From NCBI GenBank assembly GCA_051530055.1, contig CM121341.1, forward strand, positions 5,310,784-5,374,783: 64,000 nucleotides of DNA, given 5' to 3'. Made by a program: the position numbers and the translations under genes. The notes beneath the pieces were generated by a model, which had not been told where the DNA came from, made no database searches, and saw nothing but the letters and a program-made list of their open reading frames with translations. This DNA comes from Neoechinorhynchus agilis. Taxonomy: Eukaryota; Animalia; Acanthocephala. Shown here one piece after another: positions 24,223 to 36,615 of the stretch. Each line of letters begins with the position of its first letter. Within the stretch, counting starts at the first letter, position 1.

Positions 24223-24520
24223 CATTACTTTTCGGTAAATAAAAAATGGAACTGAGAAATGGGTGAATCGTTTAGAAATTGCGAAGAACGTGCCCTTCAA
24301 GAGCGAAGAGAGGGCACACAGAAATAAATATTGTTTAAATTCATTAATCGATTCATAAGAATCAATATTTAAATGACCCGTTTACCCTGAATTAGCATTA
24401 GTCCACTTGACCACCTCAGCACACTAAGGAATGTTCAAACTTCGCCATACATTGGCCTGGTTTAGCTTTCCGATTTTTTAGAGTTTTTATATGTGGCTCA
24501 GCCTACCACCGATGACCAAA

Positions 24521-24589
24521 GGGGACGAAATACCTCGTTGAATGGAGGAAACTCACTGATGAGTCCCAACTCCCCGGGAGGTATCTGAG
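24521..24589 (+). ncRNA. Putative non-circularly permuted hammerhead ribozyme, copy 2 (intergenic)
   Basis: GGGAC-GAAA-TACCTC...CTCA-CTGATGA-GTCCC...GAGGTA-TC-TGAG: all three stems perfect, predicted cleavage after AUC at 24585. Confidence 0.75.
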
Positions 24590-25009
24590 AAACCGGAGGG
24601 CAGTTTATTGCGGGTGTTCTCCGGTTATTAAGGAAAGATTGGGCTTGGGGGATGCATAACTGATTTTGAGATCCAAAAGTGAGAGTTAAGTTTTACACTG
24701 AAGACGACTCATAAGAAACACCTTGGGTTCCAGTGCTGTCGATCTTTCACGAATAAACGTTGTTCGGAAGCGAGACCAATCGACGGAATTGGCTAAGAAA
24801 ATCAGTGGATCATTTGGCTGCGGCAACGAGTAGGGGAGTGCTTCCGTTTTAAATCAATCATCTGACCAACGTTTTTTGATACATCCGTTTGGAAAGGAAG
24901 CTTGAATTCGCTATTCAAGGAAGGAATGATGACGGAGAGAATGGGAACATGAGTGCTTATAACATTTATTGCCAAGTTCACAAAAACAAAAATGGACTCA
25001 TTTTCGAAC

Positions 25010-25655
25010 GATGGACGGATTTTAAATTTTGACTTTTTCTTTATTAAAAGTCTTCAAAATAGGAGAAATTTCGAGGGAAACAATAGAACGGTGGACGGAT
25101 TTTAAATTTTGACTTTTTCTTTATTAAAAGCCTTCGAAATAGGAGAAATTTCGTGGGAAACAAAAGAACGGTGGACGGATTTTAAATTTGACTTTTTATT
25201 AAAAGCCTTCAAAATAAGAGAAATTTCGTGGGAAACAATAGAACGTTGGACTGATTTTAAATTTTGACTTTTTCTTTATTAAAAGCCTTCGAAAAGGGAG
25301 AAATTTCGTGGGAAACAATAGAACGGTGGACGGATTTTAATTTTGACTTTTTCTTTATTAAAAGCCTTCCAAAAGGGAGAAATTTCGTGGGAAACAATAG
25401 AACGTTGGACGGATTTTAAATTTGACTTTTTCTTAATTAGAAGCCTTCAAAATCGGAGAAATTTCGAGGGAAACAATAGAACGATGGACGGATTTTAAAT
25501 TCGACTTTTTCTTTATTAAAAGCCTTCAAAATAAGAGAAATTTCGTGGGAAACAACAGAACGTTGGACGGATTTTAAATATGACTTTTTCTTTATTAAAA
25601 GCCTTCAAAATAGGAGAAATTTCGAGGGAAACAATAGAACGGTGGACGGATTTAA
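25010..25655. repeat. Tandem array, ~80-bp unit, ~8 copies, upstream of the forkhead gene
   Basis: Unit GAACGGTGGACGGATTTTAAATTTTGACTTTTTCTTTATTAAAAGCCTTCAAAATAGGAGAAATTTCGTGGGAAACAATA. Confidence 0.95.
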
Positions 25656-25859
25656 AAATCTGAACTCTAATAACCTGAGTATTGTTGTTCACACAACACA
25701 AAAACATCCATGTACTCAGAATTAATCAATATGAAATGAACCAAAAGTGAAAACATAACGTATAAACGGTAAGTAATACGTCTATTTGAACATTTCACGC
25801 TGTAGTCACCCACACACAAACTGACGAATTCGGAGATACATCTTGAAACAGTTCGAAAG

Positions 25860-26347
25860 ATGGAAGTGAGTAACGATCGTCAAAACAGCGAAAATAATAA
25901 ATCAAACGGGAATGATAATGAAACATTTGTCGACTCAGATATCTTAAGAACGCCTTCACAGACTGAAGATTCTCCACTAAATCGTTATAACAATCTTACT
26001 TATGTCGAACTGATAACGCTGGCAATCGAAAAGAGTCCGTACCAGCGGCTTAAAGTTCGGCAGATTTACCGATGGCTTCAAACCAATGTTAGTTTCTTTA
26101 ACGAACGTAGCGAAAGCCCAGAACGAGAAAAATGGCAAGTGAGTACTTTAGGGAGGGGCTCGTTGCTCAAATCATATTTTAGAATACGATTCGGCATACT
26201 CTTTCGGTACATAATCGCTTCGTGAGAATAGAACTGGACGAAGGAACAGTAAACGGCTATTGGATTGTAGACCAAAGTCGACCTGGTAGACTTCACAGTC
26301 ATCGAAGGAAAAGACGGAGAAAGTCCGCACTTAACAATAGCTCTTAA
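25860..26347 (+). CDS. Forkhead-domain transcription factor (148 aa); exons 25860-26138, 26183-26347
   Basis: TYVELITLAIEKSPYQRLKVRQIYRWL...KWQ|NTIRHTLSVHNRFVRIE...YW; 44-nt GTGAGT...TTTTAG intron in frame. Subfamily not assignable. Confidence 0.88.
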
Positions 26348-26465
26348 GTATAATGAAATAAGATTTTAGTCATTTAAACTTTGATTTGGTGGCAATGGGA
26401 AAAAGTGTAGACAAAAACTAAATATTGAAAAGTTCACAACAAAACTAACAGCAGCAAAAGAACCA

Positions 26466-29340
26466 GTGAAGAAAATTGCTCAGAAAAACAGATCCAAATC
26501 AGATAAATCATTGGTAGTGACGAAGATCATCGTTCATCATCATCGCAAATTTTACTTTCCACAAGTAAAGAATATTAAAAAGAAGCTTCCAGTATTGAAC
26601 ATTAAAGAATCCAGGATAAAAGTTGCTCAGAAAACCGATCCAAATCAGATAAATCATTGGTAGTGACGAAGATCATCGTTCATCATCATCGCAAATTTAA
26701 TTTTCCAGAAAAAAAGAATATTAAAAAGAAGCTTCCAGTATTGAACATTAAAGAATCCAGGATAAAAGTTGCTCAGAAAAACCGATCCAAATCAGATAAA
26801 TCATTGGTAGTGACGAAGATCATCGTTCATCATCATCGCAAATTTAATTTTCCAGAAAAAGAATAAGAAGCTTCCAGTATTGAACATTAAAGAATCCAGG
26901 ATAAAAGTTGCTCAGAAAAACCGATCCAAATCAGATAAATCATTGGTAGTGACGAAGATCATCGTTCATCATCGCAAATTTAATTTTCCAGAAAAAAGAA
27001 TATTAAAAAGAAGCTTCCAGTATTGAACATTAAAGAATCCAGGATAAAAGTTGCTCAGAAAAACCGATCCAAATCAGATAAATCATTGGTAGTGACGAAG
27101 ATCATCGTTCATCATCATCGCAAATTTAATTTTCCAGAAAAAAGAATATTAAAAAGAAGCTTCCAGTATTGAACATTAAAGAATCCAGGATAAAAGTTGC
27201 TCAGAAAAACCGATCCAAATCAGATAAATCATTGGTAGTGACGAAGATCATCGTTCATCATCATCGCAAATTTAATTTTCCAGAAAAAAGAATATTAAAA
27301 AGAAGCTTCCAGTATTGAACATTAAAGAATCCAGGATAAAAGTTGCTCAGAAAAACCGATCCAAATCAGATAAATCATTGGTAGTGACGAAGATCATCGT
27401 TCATCATCATCGCAAATTTAATTTTCCAGAAAAGAATATTAAAAAGAAGCTTCCAGTATTGAACATTAAAGAATCCAGGATAAAAGTTGCTCAGAAAAAC
27501 CGATCCAAATCAGATAAATCATTGGTAGTGACGAAGATCATCGTTCATCATCATCGCAAATTTAATTTTCCAGAAAAAAGAATATTAAAAAGAAGCTTCC
27601 AGTATTGAACATTAAAAATCCAGGATAAAAGTTGCTCAGAAAAACCGATCCAAATCAGATAAATCATTGGTAGTGACGAAGATCATCGTTCATCATCATC
27701 GCAAATTTAATTTTCCAGAAAAAAGAATATTAAAAAGAAGCTTCCAGTATTGAACATTAAAGAATCCAGGATAAAAGTTGCTCAGAAAAACCGATCCAAA
27801 TCAGATAAATCATTGGTAGTGACGAAGATCATCGTTCATCATCATCGCAAATTTAATTTTCCAGAAAAAAGAATATTAAAAAGAAGCTTCCAGTATTGAA
27901 CATTAAAGAATCCAGGATAAAAGTTGCTCAGAAAAACCGATCCAAATCAGATAAATCATTGGTAGTGACGAAGATCATCGTTCATCATCATCGCAAATTT
28001 AATTTTCCAGAAAAAAGAATATTAAAAAGAAGCTTCCAGTATTGAACATTAAAGAATCCAGGATAAAAGTTGCTCAGAAAAACCGATCCAAATCAGATAA
28101 ATCATTGGTAGTGACGAAGATCATCGTTCATCATCATCGCAAATTTAATTTTCTTAAAAAAGAATATTAAAAAGAAGCTTCCAGTATTGAATATTAAAGA
28201 ATCCAGGATAAAAGTTGCTCAGAAAAACAGATCCAAATCAGATAAATCATTGGTAGTGACGAAGATCATCGTTCATCATCATCGCAAATTTAATTTTCCA
28301 GAAAAAAGAATATTAAAAAGAAGCTTCCAGTATTGAACATTAAAGAATCCAGGATAAAAGTTGCTCAGAAAAACCGATCCAAATCAGATAAATCATTGGT
28401 AGTGACGAAGATCATCGTTCATCATCATCGCAAATTTAATTTTCCAGAAAAAAGAATATTAAAAAGAAGCTTCCAGTATTGAACATTAAAGAATCCAGGA
28501 TAAAAGTTGCTCAGAAAAACCGATCCAAATCAGATAAATCATTGGTAGTGACGAAGATCATCGTTCATCATCATCGCAAATTTAATTTTCCAGAAAAAAG
28601 AATATTAAAAAGAAGCTTCCAGTATTGAACATTAAAGAATCCAGGATAAAAGTTGCTCAGAAAAACCGATCCAAATCAGATAAATCATTGGTAGTGACGA
28701 AGATCATCGTTCATCATCATCCCAAATTTAATTTTCTTAAAAAAGAATATTAAAAAGAAGCTTCCAGTATTGAACATTAAAGAATCCAGGATTAAAATTG
28801 CTCAGAAAAACAGATCCAAATCAGATAAATCATTGGTAGTGACGAAGATCATCGTTCATCATCATCGCCAATTTAATTTTCTTAAAAAAAGAATATTAAA
28901 AAGAAGCTTCCAGTATTGAACATTAAAGAATCAAGGATGAAAATTGCTCAGAAAAACAGATCCAAATCAGATAAATCATTGGTAGTGACGAAGATCATCG
29001 TTCATCATCATCGCAAATTTAATTTTCCAGAAAAAAAGAATATTAAAAAGAAGCTTCCAGTATTGAACATTAAAGAATCCAGGACGAAAATTGCTCAGAA
29101 AAACCGATCCAAATCAGATAAATCATTGGTAGTGACGAAGATCATCGTTCATCATCATCGCAAATTTAATTTTCCAGAAAAAAGAATATTAAAAAGAAGC
29201 TTCCAGTATTTAACATTAAAGAATCCAGGATAAAAGTTGCTCAGAAAAACCGATCCAAATCAGATAAATCATTGGTAGTGACGAAGATCATCGTTCATAA
29301 TCATCGCAAATTTAATTTTCCAGAAAAAAAGGACAATGAA
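26466..29340. repeat. Tandem array, ~146-bp unit, ~20 copies, between the convergent 3' ends of forkhead and DDX1
   Basis: TATTAAAAAG recurs at 27001, 27147, 27293; copies nearly identical. Confidence 0.97.
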
Positions 29341-29583
29341 AAGAAACTACTAGTATTGAACATTAAAGATTGCTCAAGCCGTGTTCGGGCGCTCGCAAAC
29401 CTATTTTGAAATATTACGTTTTAGAGTAACTTTGAGCTACGAGAATAATCTTTTGCATAGGACCGAAATGCTCATATTTGTTTCCACAAATAGTCCATAT
29501 TATAACGTTGTTGATGTTCAAATGAATTCATTAGGTGTTTTCTTTTCGAAAACATTATAATTTCTATCGGTTCAGTGTTCTAA

Positions 29584-31827
29584 TTATACGTTTGTCGCTA
29601 ATTTAAGTTGTAAGAACAACTTTTGTGATTTTCTTTCCAATTGTTCAAGACTTTTGACAATGGGCGCTATTAGTCCCATGTGATCATGATAAATTCGTTG
29701 TTTTCCTTGGTCGATTTTTCTGCCATATATTACCTTTCCGTGAAATTCGTCAACTGGGACATTGAATTCTCCATCAACGGACTGAATGGTTTCCCCGAGA
29801 TGTTCTTCAATATCAGACAAATACGTTTTTTCAGTGTACCAAATAGCACATCCGCCATGTGAAGTTAGAGTAGTTCGATGGCATCCTTTGCCTCGAGATG
29901 GACAAGTGTGGTACCATACCTTTTCGGGAATAGTGGCACATAAAGAAACTGCAAGACCCATTCGCTCCGCTCGTCCAACGCGACCAATCCTATGGATATA
30001 GTTACTTTTATCGTCCGGAAGTGTAACATTTATGACAAATGGGAGACCTTTTATGTCGAGTCCACGAGCAGCGACATCCGTACAAATCATGATTCTCACT
30101 TTGTTATCTTTAAATGCTTGGAGATTCGCTTTTCGTTCAGCTGGATTTCGATCTGAGTGAAGACAAACGCATGAGAATTGATGCGAGGTTCCATCTTTTG
30201 ATATGGATCGAGGACCTCCTCCAAGAGCACTAAAGAACCGTTCAAGATTGTCACAGTCTAATTTTGTTCGACAAAAAATCAAACATCGATCCATTTTAAA
30301 CTTTGCTATCACCTTCGCGGCGTACATAAACTTAAGAATCTTAATTCCTTCAGACAATGCTTCTTCGTTGGTGTCACTTTTGAAATTTATTCGATCGTTA
30401 GAATGTAGACCATCAGTAGAAATTAAAGCAATCTCAGCTGTTTGTCTATTCCTCCATCGTGTGTCAATGTTTGGATCGATCATACAAACACAATGATGAA
30501 CGGTTTCCGGGACGGTATCTTGACCTTTTAAATCGATCCACGTAGGAAAATGCATAAGTTTCTCGGCCATCTTCTTCACATCGAAATTATGGAGAGTTGC
30601 TGAACATACGATCATTTGAAGGCGACTAGAACGTCCATCGGTTGTCGTTGAATACTGAGGAATCGATTTGTGAATATTCTGAATCATTTCCAAGTATCCC
30701 GCGCTTAAAAGACCATCAGCTTCATCGAGAACAAAGAACTTTACCATATCCAACCGAATAGCTTGTTGACCTATAAAGTCTTCCAATTTTCCAGGAGTTG
30801 CTACTATAATATGGACACCCAGATTATAAATCTCATCCATCTGAGCACGCGTGTTCATCCCTCCAATGAGTAGCGTACATCTTATGTCAATTTCATTTAA
30901 ATTTCGCTTAAATGAATTAAACTGCTGAAATGTTTGTTCAGCAAGCTCACGACTCGGCTCAATCACAATACATATAGGTGCGTTTTTTACGTTTTCTTGA
31001 GATTGTACTGGCGCTGATGCCGAGTTAACTAGTAAAGAACTCGGAAGCTTAGAAATACCTAAGAATCCATCAGGAGGGCTGAATTTGAAATCACTGTCGC
31101 CAAAATTCATGTCAACTCTACAACATTTTAAACTCATTGCCGGAAATAAAGACCGTATAGGACCATTTGCAAGGATTTTATAAGCATCACCAAGAAGGCG
31201 GCCGTTTTTGGTCCATCCAATAGTTAATTGATTAAAATTAAAGTAGACTCCAATACAATCACCTTCACCGAATGGCTCACCGTAATCTGCGAATTGTCCA
31301 GCGCTTGCTTTTTTGCCAGTTCCACCATAGCCAAATCCGAACGGATCAGTGCCAAGATCCAACGACGCGTTCAATGCCGACCAACCAATTCTACAAATAC
31401 CACTCGATTTCATCGAACATTCGAAGTATGCGCCAATAACATTCTCGGTCATATTGGAAACGGATATTCCAACGGTTGACCTGGCTCCGTTCCAAGCTCT
31501 TGCGTCCGCGGATTGGCACAATAAGCCACCGACATCCACGTCGAAACCGTCTGCTTTGTCAAAAGTGCTGATTTTTGGAGAACCGATTTGTTTGACTTGA
31601 GCCGGATGTTCAAGGTTGTACAAATGCTCATAGACGATCTGAAGAACGGGTAAACAAAAGGCTCCCGTTTTCCCACTTCCAGTCTCTGCGGCCATCAGGA
31701 CATCGCCACCGCCAAGAATCTGAGGAATCGCTTCACTTTGGATGTCAGTAGGCAGCAGCCAACCCATTTCATCGACCGCTCGGGCCAAATCACCAATCAA
31801 TCCCAATTCAGTTTCAAATGCGTTCAT
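29584..31827 (-). CDS. DDX1: DEAD-box helicase DDX1, intronless
   Basis: WLLPTDIQSEAIPQILGGGDVLMAAETGSGKTGAF, SPRY insertion after motif I, DEAD variant DEAD(G), SAT, HRIGRVGRAERMGLA, KVWYH.C. Confidence 0.95.
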   Translation of the reverse strand: MNAFETELGLIGDLARAVDEMGWLLPTDIQSEAIPQILGGGDVLMAAETGSGKTGAFCLPVLQIVYEHLYNLEHPAQVKQIGSPKISTFDKADGFDVDVGGLLCQSADARAWNGARSTVGISVSNMTENVIGAYFECSMKSSGICRIGWSALNASLDLGTDPFGFGYGGTGKKASAGQFADYGEPFGEGDCIGVYFNFNQLTIGWTKNGRLLGDAYKILANGPIRSLFPAMSLKCCRVDMNFGDSDFKFSPPDGFLGISKLPSSLLVNSASAPVQSQENVKNAPICIVIEPSRELAEQTFQQFNSFKRNLNEIDIRCTLLIGGMNTRAQMDEIYNLGVHIIVATPGKLEDFIGQQAIRLDMVKFFVLDEADGLLSAGYLEMIQNIHKSIPQYSTTTDGRSSRLQMIVCSATLHNFDVKKMAEKLMHFPTWIDLKGQDTVPETVHHCVCMIDPNIDTRWRNRQTAEIALISTDGLHSNDRINFKSDTNEEALSEGIKILKFMYAAKVIAKFKMDRCLIFCRTKLDCDNLERFFSALGGGPRSISKDGTSHQFSCVCLHSDRNPAERKANLQAFKDNKVRIMICTDVAARGLDIKGLPFVINVTLPDDKSNYIHRIGRVGRAERMGLAVSLCATIPEKVWYHTCPSRGKGCHRTTLTSHGGCAIWYTEKTYLSDIEEHLGETIQSVDGEFNVPVDEFHGKVIYGRKIDQGKQRIYHDHMGLIAPIVKSLEQLERKSQKLFLQLKLATNV

Positions 31828-32142
31828 CTCTGAAAATATACATAATTCCTTTTTTAGATTTAAATGACACTCATGATAAAACATTCGAGTTCACTATAAA
31901 AGTCGATCCATCATTGGCTTAAAAGATTTAATTGTTTTAAAACGCATTTAGAACCAAACCTTAAAACGTCCATTCATCAGGCCGAAAACTCCAGCTTAAA
32001 TTGTAGAAAACTTACAAACAATCGCTGAAGAAGATCCGAGATAGTGGATCGAAATATCAAATAAAATCTTAATTTCATTTATCTCTCTCCTATCAACAAA
32101 TAACAATGAATTATCTTTTCAACATGAGAATAAAACGTGGCG

Positions 32143-32240
32143 AATCCGAAACCAATCGGAGATTTTAAAATAAAAAATCATTATTTGATTTCTGTACGCC
32201 ATATAAAACGACCAAAATATGAACAATTCAATGTTCAAAC
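32143..32240. repeat. Dispersed repeat upstream of DDX1, same family as 14300-14375
   Basis: ATCCGAAACCAATCGGAGATTTTAAAA...CGCCATATAAAAC is the reverse complement of 14300-14372 with few changes. Confidence 0.75.
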
Positions 32241-33462
32241 AATTATGAAACTCAAATTACCTAAACGAAAAATCTTTTACTGAAAAACTTTGTCAACGGG
32301 TAAAGGAACGCTTCGTCCATCCTTACGACCAATCAAGAAAAGCGGTGGTGTGAATGTTTTTGACATTCTTTTTTGACACTTTGAGTTAAGATTACTTTTG
32401 TTAAAAGAATTTTATATTTTGGACGCTTATAAAATCAGCCAATCAATTTTGTGCCAATTTTCGGTAATTCCCCATGATCAAAGATTTGTAGAGCCGCAGC
32501 TGAGCACTCATTTTGGATTGCTTTCTTCCACGGCTACAAGCAATGACTGAGGAGGCGAAGTTTGGTTCCTTCGAAATATTTCCCTATAAATCAAATATTC
32601 TATTCAATTGTTCCTTGAAATGAAGGGGGCTGAAGCCTTGAAAATTCGCAATGAAGATTTCAATAATAAAGTTCGAGTGTGTAACAATTCGCCATTGAGA
32701 ATAAATCAAATATGTGGTGACCGGGGAATTATTTTCACCGAAAGTATAAACTTTGATTAACTCGAAGAATTTTCTCTGTTGATGATGTAATTTTAATGTG
32801 ACGTAAGGAAACCTGTTTTACGTAAAGGGATTGCTTTTAATCGGAACCTTTTGCGAACAAAATTTTTTACGGAACTTTCGTCAGCATTCATTACGATATC
32901 AGCGGCGATTCTTAGCTCATATTCGCATTTTGTGGGTCGAAATAAAGTAATTGTACGCGAATTAGGCTTCTAAAATAGGATGTTTGTCTCAATTTTAAAC
33001 GGAGAATAATGCGAAAATCGTCAAAGATATGGCAAATCTCAAAAAAAAGTTTTAAAATGAGCGCATTAAGATGTACTTAATTAACTTCTTTGGTTAGATC
33101 GAGTGTGTCTTTGTCCATTTTACCCAAACGTAAATAATCCAATAAGTTGCAATAATCAACAAAATTAAATAACAGAAAAGGAATTCAGTTGGTCAAAAAT
33201 ATCCATAATGATTTATAACAAAGTCCCATATTAATTGTCTCGTTCATTAAATTCGGGCGTTTTTTAGCTAAAAGCAGCTTCGGAAGTTGTTCAAAAAAAG
33301 ATAATTTTAATCAATAAACAAGGATGTTTGTCTCAAAATTGAAATACGTAAAGCCTAAGAAGCTGTCGCAAATCTGGATACTAAATGAACGGTATTAATT
33401 CCAGCAAATTTTTTTATTTAAATTGTAAATTGCGTGTCCCAAATTCGTCCAATTTCGTGAAC

Positions 33463-35784
33463 TTTGATACCTTTTTCGAATAAAAATAATTTTGGACGTG
33501 TAGTTCAATTTCATCGCTAAATTATCGAGGAGAAAATAATTGGAAGACAACGTTTTTTTACAATCATTTTGAGTATTTTAATTGTTTCTGTTTAAAATCA
33601 TTTTTCGTCTACACTTCTATTATTTTGCTGGAAATTAATTTTTCTTTTAATTTTGTCGATTATCATACCAAATCCAGAATTAAATCAAGAAAATCAGTAA
33701 AATCCGCCGCACTACAGATTCATTGTTACCAAATGTCGCGATTCGTCCTACATTTCAGTAATGAACGCCTCATTGGCTCTGATCATTGGAATGATAAAAA
33801 TTATTTAGTGAACTTGATTAAGAATTCGATTTGTGCTGTTCATCGCTGCTTACGTAATCGAAGCATTGCCTTTAATTGAGGTCTCTTCCCAATACAAACC
33901 GATTTGGGCCGCTTTAATTAAATTCAAATTGTTTGAATTGGCTAAATGGACGCTGTGGACTTTCACCGACTTTCATCTACTTGACTAACAATTGCATGCC
34001 GATTTTTGTAGTGACGGAATTCTGGGCGGATCCTTCGCCTGACGATCATTAATGCGAACGATTACTCAAAGTTCTTGAAAAAAATGCGTTCCGGCCAATT
34101 GGTTGCAGGATTTTTAATTGAAGAAAATATTAAGTGTTTTTTCGTGCTAAAACATTAAATCTTTATTATTTAATCACAAAAAAAACTACTTTTATCTGAT
34201 CTATGAATTTAATTGGACATTAAGATTGGAATTTTTCTCATTCGCTAAGCATTCAGCGTCGCGCATCCGAATAATGGACGAAATATTTTTAAACATTGTG
34301 AAAAATGCAAATTTAGTTGTAGTGATTAAATTGGAAACGATTTAATTTTTGGGGGGAAATTGTGTTTAGCAGAAAAAACCGGAAATGCAAATTAACGTAG
34401 CCAATCAAATTGCAACATTTACATATACCATTGCCGTGCGACCAGAAAAACGTTTCTCAAGAACGAAAACTTTCATTCTACCGTTTTAAACTCAAAACAA
34501 AGTCCATTTCGATGATTACTTTGCGTTCTATATTATGGAATCACAAAGAAAGACGTAGAATTTCGAACAACTCCATCTCATTTCGTGATAATCCACAAGC
34601 TTCCACAACAAAGCATACCAATCAAATATTCCGTCGAAAAGTAAATATCAAACGGTTCAATCTTTTATTTAAGCACTATGCTTCTCCGATTTTAAATATT
34701 CTATCCTCCAATTATTCCGACAAAGACAAAGCTGCAAAGCTTTTATTCCGTATTCAAGCTCTTAACAATTTATCACCAAATGATCGTGCCTGCCAACTCG
34801 AAGCTTTGAGCTGTTTGAACTTGGAATCCGAGGAATCAGCACTTCATTTAACATTGAAGCAAGGACAAATTGAATGTTCGAAAGTTTTGATCGGAACATT
34901 TCCTGAGCTCGTTTTGACAAGAGACAAACAATGGCGAACTCCTCTTCACTTAGCAGCTGCGATGGATTCGGAGTACCTGATCAAATTGCTGGTTGCTCAA
35001 TACGGAAACCGCTCATTTCTAGATTTGAGCGATATTCACGGATTTACTGCGCTCCAAATGGCCGTAAGCCACGTTTGCAATAAGTCCGCCGAAGCCCTTC
35101 TTAAGGTGGGGGCATCTCTGGACATTATAACAAAACCGCCGTTCAATGAATCGTCCGGCGGCTTCAGCGCCCTTCATTTATGCGCTGAAATGAACAACTC
35201 ACTCAGTTCAAATTTACTGATCAGTAAAGGCGCAAATATCGATATCAATAACCATTGGAACGAGACTCCACTTCACTGGGCTCTAGAAAATCATTCTTAT
35301 AAAGTAGCAAACGATTTACTTCGTTATAACGCGACCGTCGACTCAAGAATAATCAAAGACGGTAGCTTGCTGAATTCAATTCAATTCCATAATCCTTCAA
35401 TGAATCGTTTCGTTAGACAAATTCATAGCGAACAAATATCGCTGATCAGGAAACGGAAATCTGGACAGTCGTTTAAAGTGTCAAAACGGAGTCGACAATG
35501 CAATGATGGATATTTGCGAATCACTACGGCACCACAAGTCTGCAATTTCGGATAAGATAATTCATGAGAAAAGTTCGTAATAAAATTCTTTGAGCTCTTT
35601 CACTGTTGGTTTTTTCTGGTTACTATTCAATCTTTCTGCTTTGCTCGTTGATGAGTTCTGATTTTATGCTCGAAACTTGACAGGATTCCGCATAACTCAA
35701 TTTTTTTAAAGTTAAAATTTTACATATGAAACAAATTCATTGATATAAGTAAATATTCAATTAATAAAATCTCTAAAAGAGACA
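33463..35784. repeat. Segmental duplication copy 1 (inverted relative to 45592-47918; first ~880 bp also direct to 43290-44177)
   Basis: Identical 84-aa and 381-aa ORF translations at the paired positions; ends located by eye. Confidence 0.95.
34512..35555 (+). CDS. Ankyrin-repeat protein (5-6 repeats), copy 1
   Basis: SALHLTL, TPLHLAA, TALQMAV, SALHLCA, TPLHWAL repeats; first ATG at 34512. Confidence 0.85.
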   Translation: MITLRSILWNHKERRRISNNSISFRDNPQASTTKHTNQIFRRKVNIKRFNLLFKHYASPILNILSSNYSDKDKAAKLLFRIQALNNLSPNDRACQLEALSCLNLESEESALHLTLKQGQIECSKVLIGTFPELVLTRDKQWRTPLHLAAAMDSEYLIKLLVAQYGNRSFLDLSDIHGFTALQMAVSHVCNKSAEALLKVGASLDIITKPPFNESSGGFSALHLCAEMNNSLSSNLLISKGANIDINNHWNETPLHWALENHSYKVANDLLRYNATVDSRIIKDGSLLNSIQFHNPSMNRFVRQIHSEQISLIRKRKSGQSFKVSKRSRQCNDGYLRITTAPQVCNFG

Positions 35785-35998
35785 TTCGAAGAGTTAATTT
35801 AAATACTCATTTGACCCAATATTTTGCTTGCTTTTTCTCCTAATAAACAGGTTGAAATGCGAGTCTAAAGCTTTACGAAACGCTTTTTCGTCTAAAAATG
35901 AGTAACCACTTACTGTTGTGAGCCATATTTAGAAACTTCTCAGCTTCGCAAAGAATCCGCCTTAAAAATTACAAGAACAAGTTGTCTTTACTCGAGAA

Positions 35999-36615
35999 AT
36001 GGGTAATAAGAAGAGCAGACCGATTGAACCAACACCAAAATTGATAAAGATGCTTAGTACCAGCGCACAATGCAACGAACAAATTGTTATGGATAGTTAT
36101 AAAAGATTCATATCTTACACTCCGAGTGGCTTAATGGACAAAAAGACATTTGTTGGTCGATTTCAAACAAAATATCCTGGTGCCAACGTAAAACTTATCG
36201 CTGATATTGTATTTAAATATTTTGATACGGATCATTCGGGAAAAATTAGTTTTTCCGAATATTTTCTTCCAAGTGTTTTTATGGCATTGATCGTATTGGG
36301 AATTTAAGAAATACTGATCATTGCATTATATCAAAGGCAAATCCTAGTCAAAGATCCGAAATTCTTTTTAACATTTTTGATTCAGATGATAACAATGTCA
36401 TTACTGAGAAGGAACTAAAACTAATGGTGCAGGCTTTGTATGAACTCCGTGGTGAAGCTGTCGATAAGTCAAAGATCAATGAAGTGGCAACTACGATCGC
36501 GACAGATATGGATTGTGATGGTAACCGAAAAATTACACAGGAAGAGTTTGTTTATGCCTTAGGCCAAAGTGATACGATGAGACGATTTTTGGACTTTAAT
36601 TTTGGAGATTTATGA
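35999..36615 (+). CDS. Neuronal calcium sensor (recoverin/NCS-1 family) paralogue 1; exons 35999-36271, 36319-36615
   Basis: Myristoylation motif MGNKKS, PSGLM, EF loops DTDHSGKISFSE, DSDDNNVITEKE, DCDGNRKITQEE; 189 aa after removing 47 nt. Confidence 0.85.

Noticed and set aside
24695-24735. CTGAAGACGAC...GAAAC downstream of ribozyme copy 2
   Set aside because: No stem II pairing or G-C closing pair.
26466-29340. His-rich ORFs (KIIVHHHRKF) in the 146-bp array as a coding extension of the forkhead gene
   Set aside because: Unit length is not a multiple of 3, frames stop every one or two units, and the forkhead frame stops at 26347.
2463-31676. Short ORFs overlapping RME-8, POLR3B, BRF1 and DDX1 on the opposite strand or in alternative frames
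   Set aside because: Shadow ORFs of real genes with no independent motifs.
1287-31827. Genome-wide stop codon reassignment as the cause of interrupted genes
   Set aside because: ORFs of 688-821 codons have no internal stops, genes end in TAA, TGA or TAG at expected places, and the interruptions involve frame changes and extra sequence.
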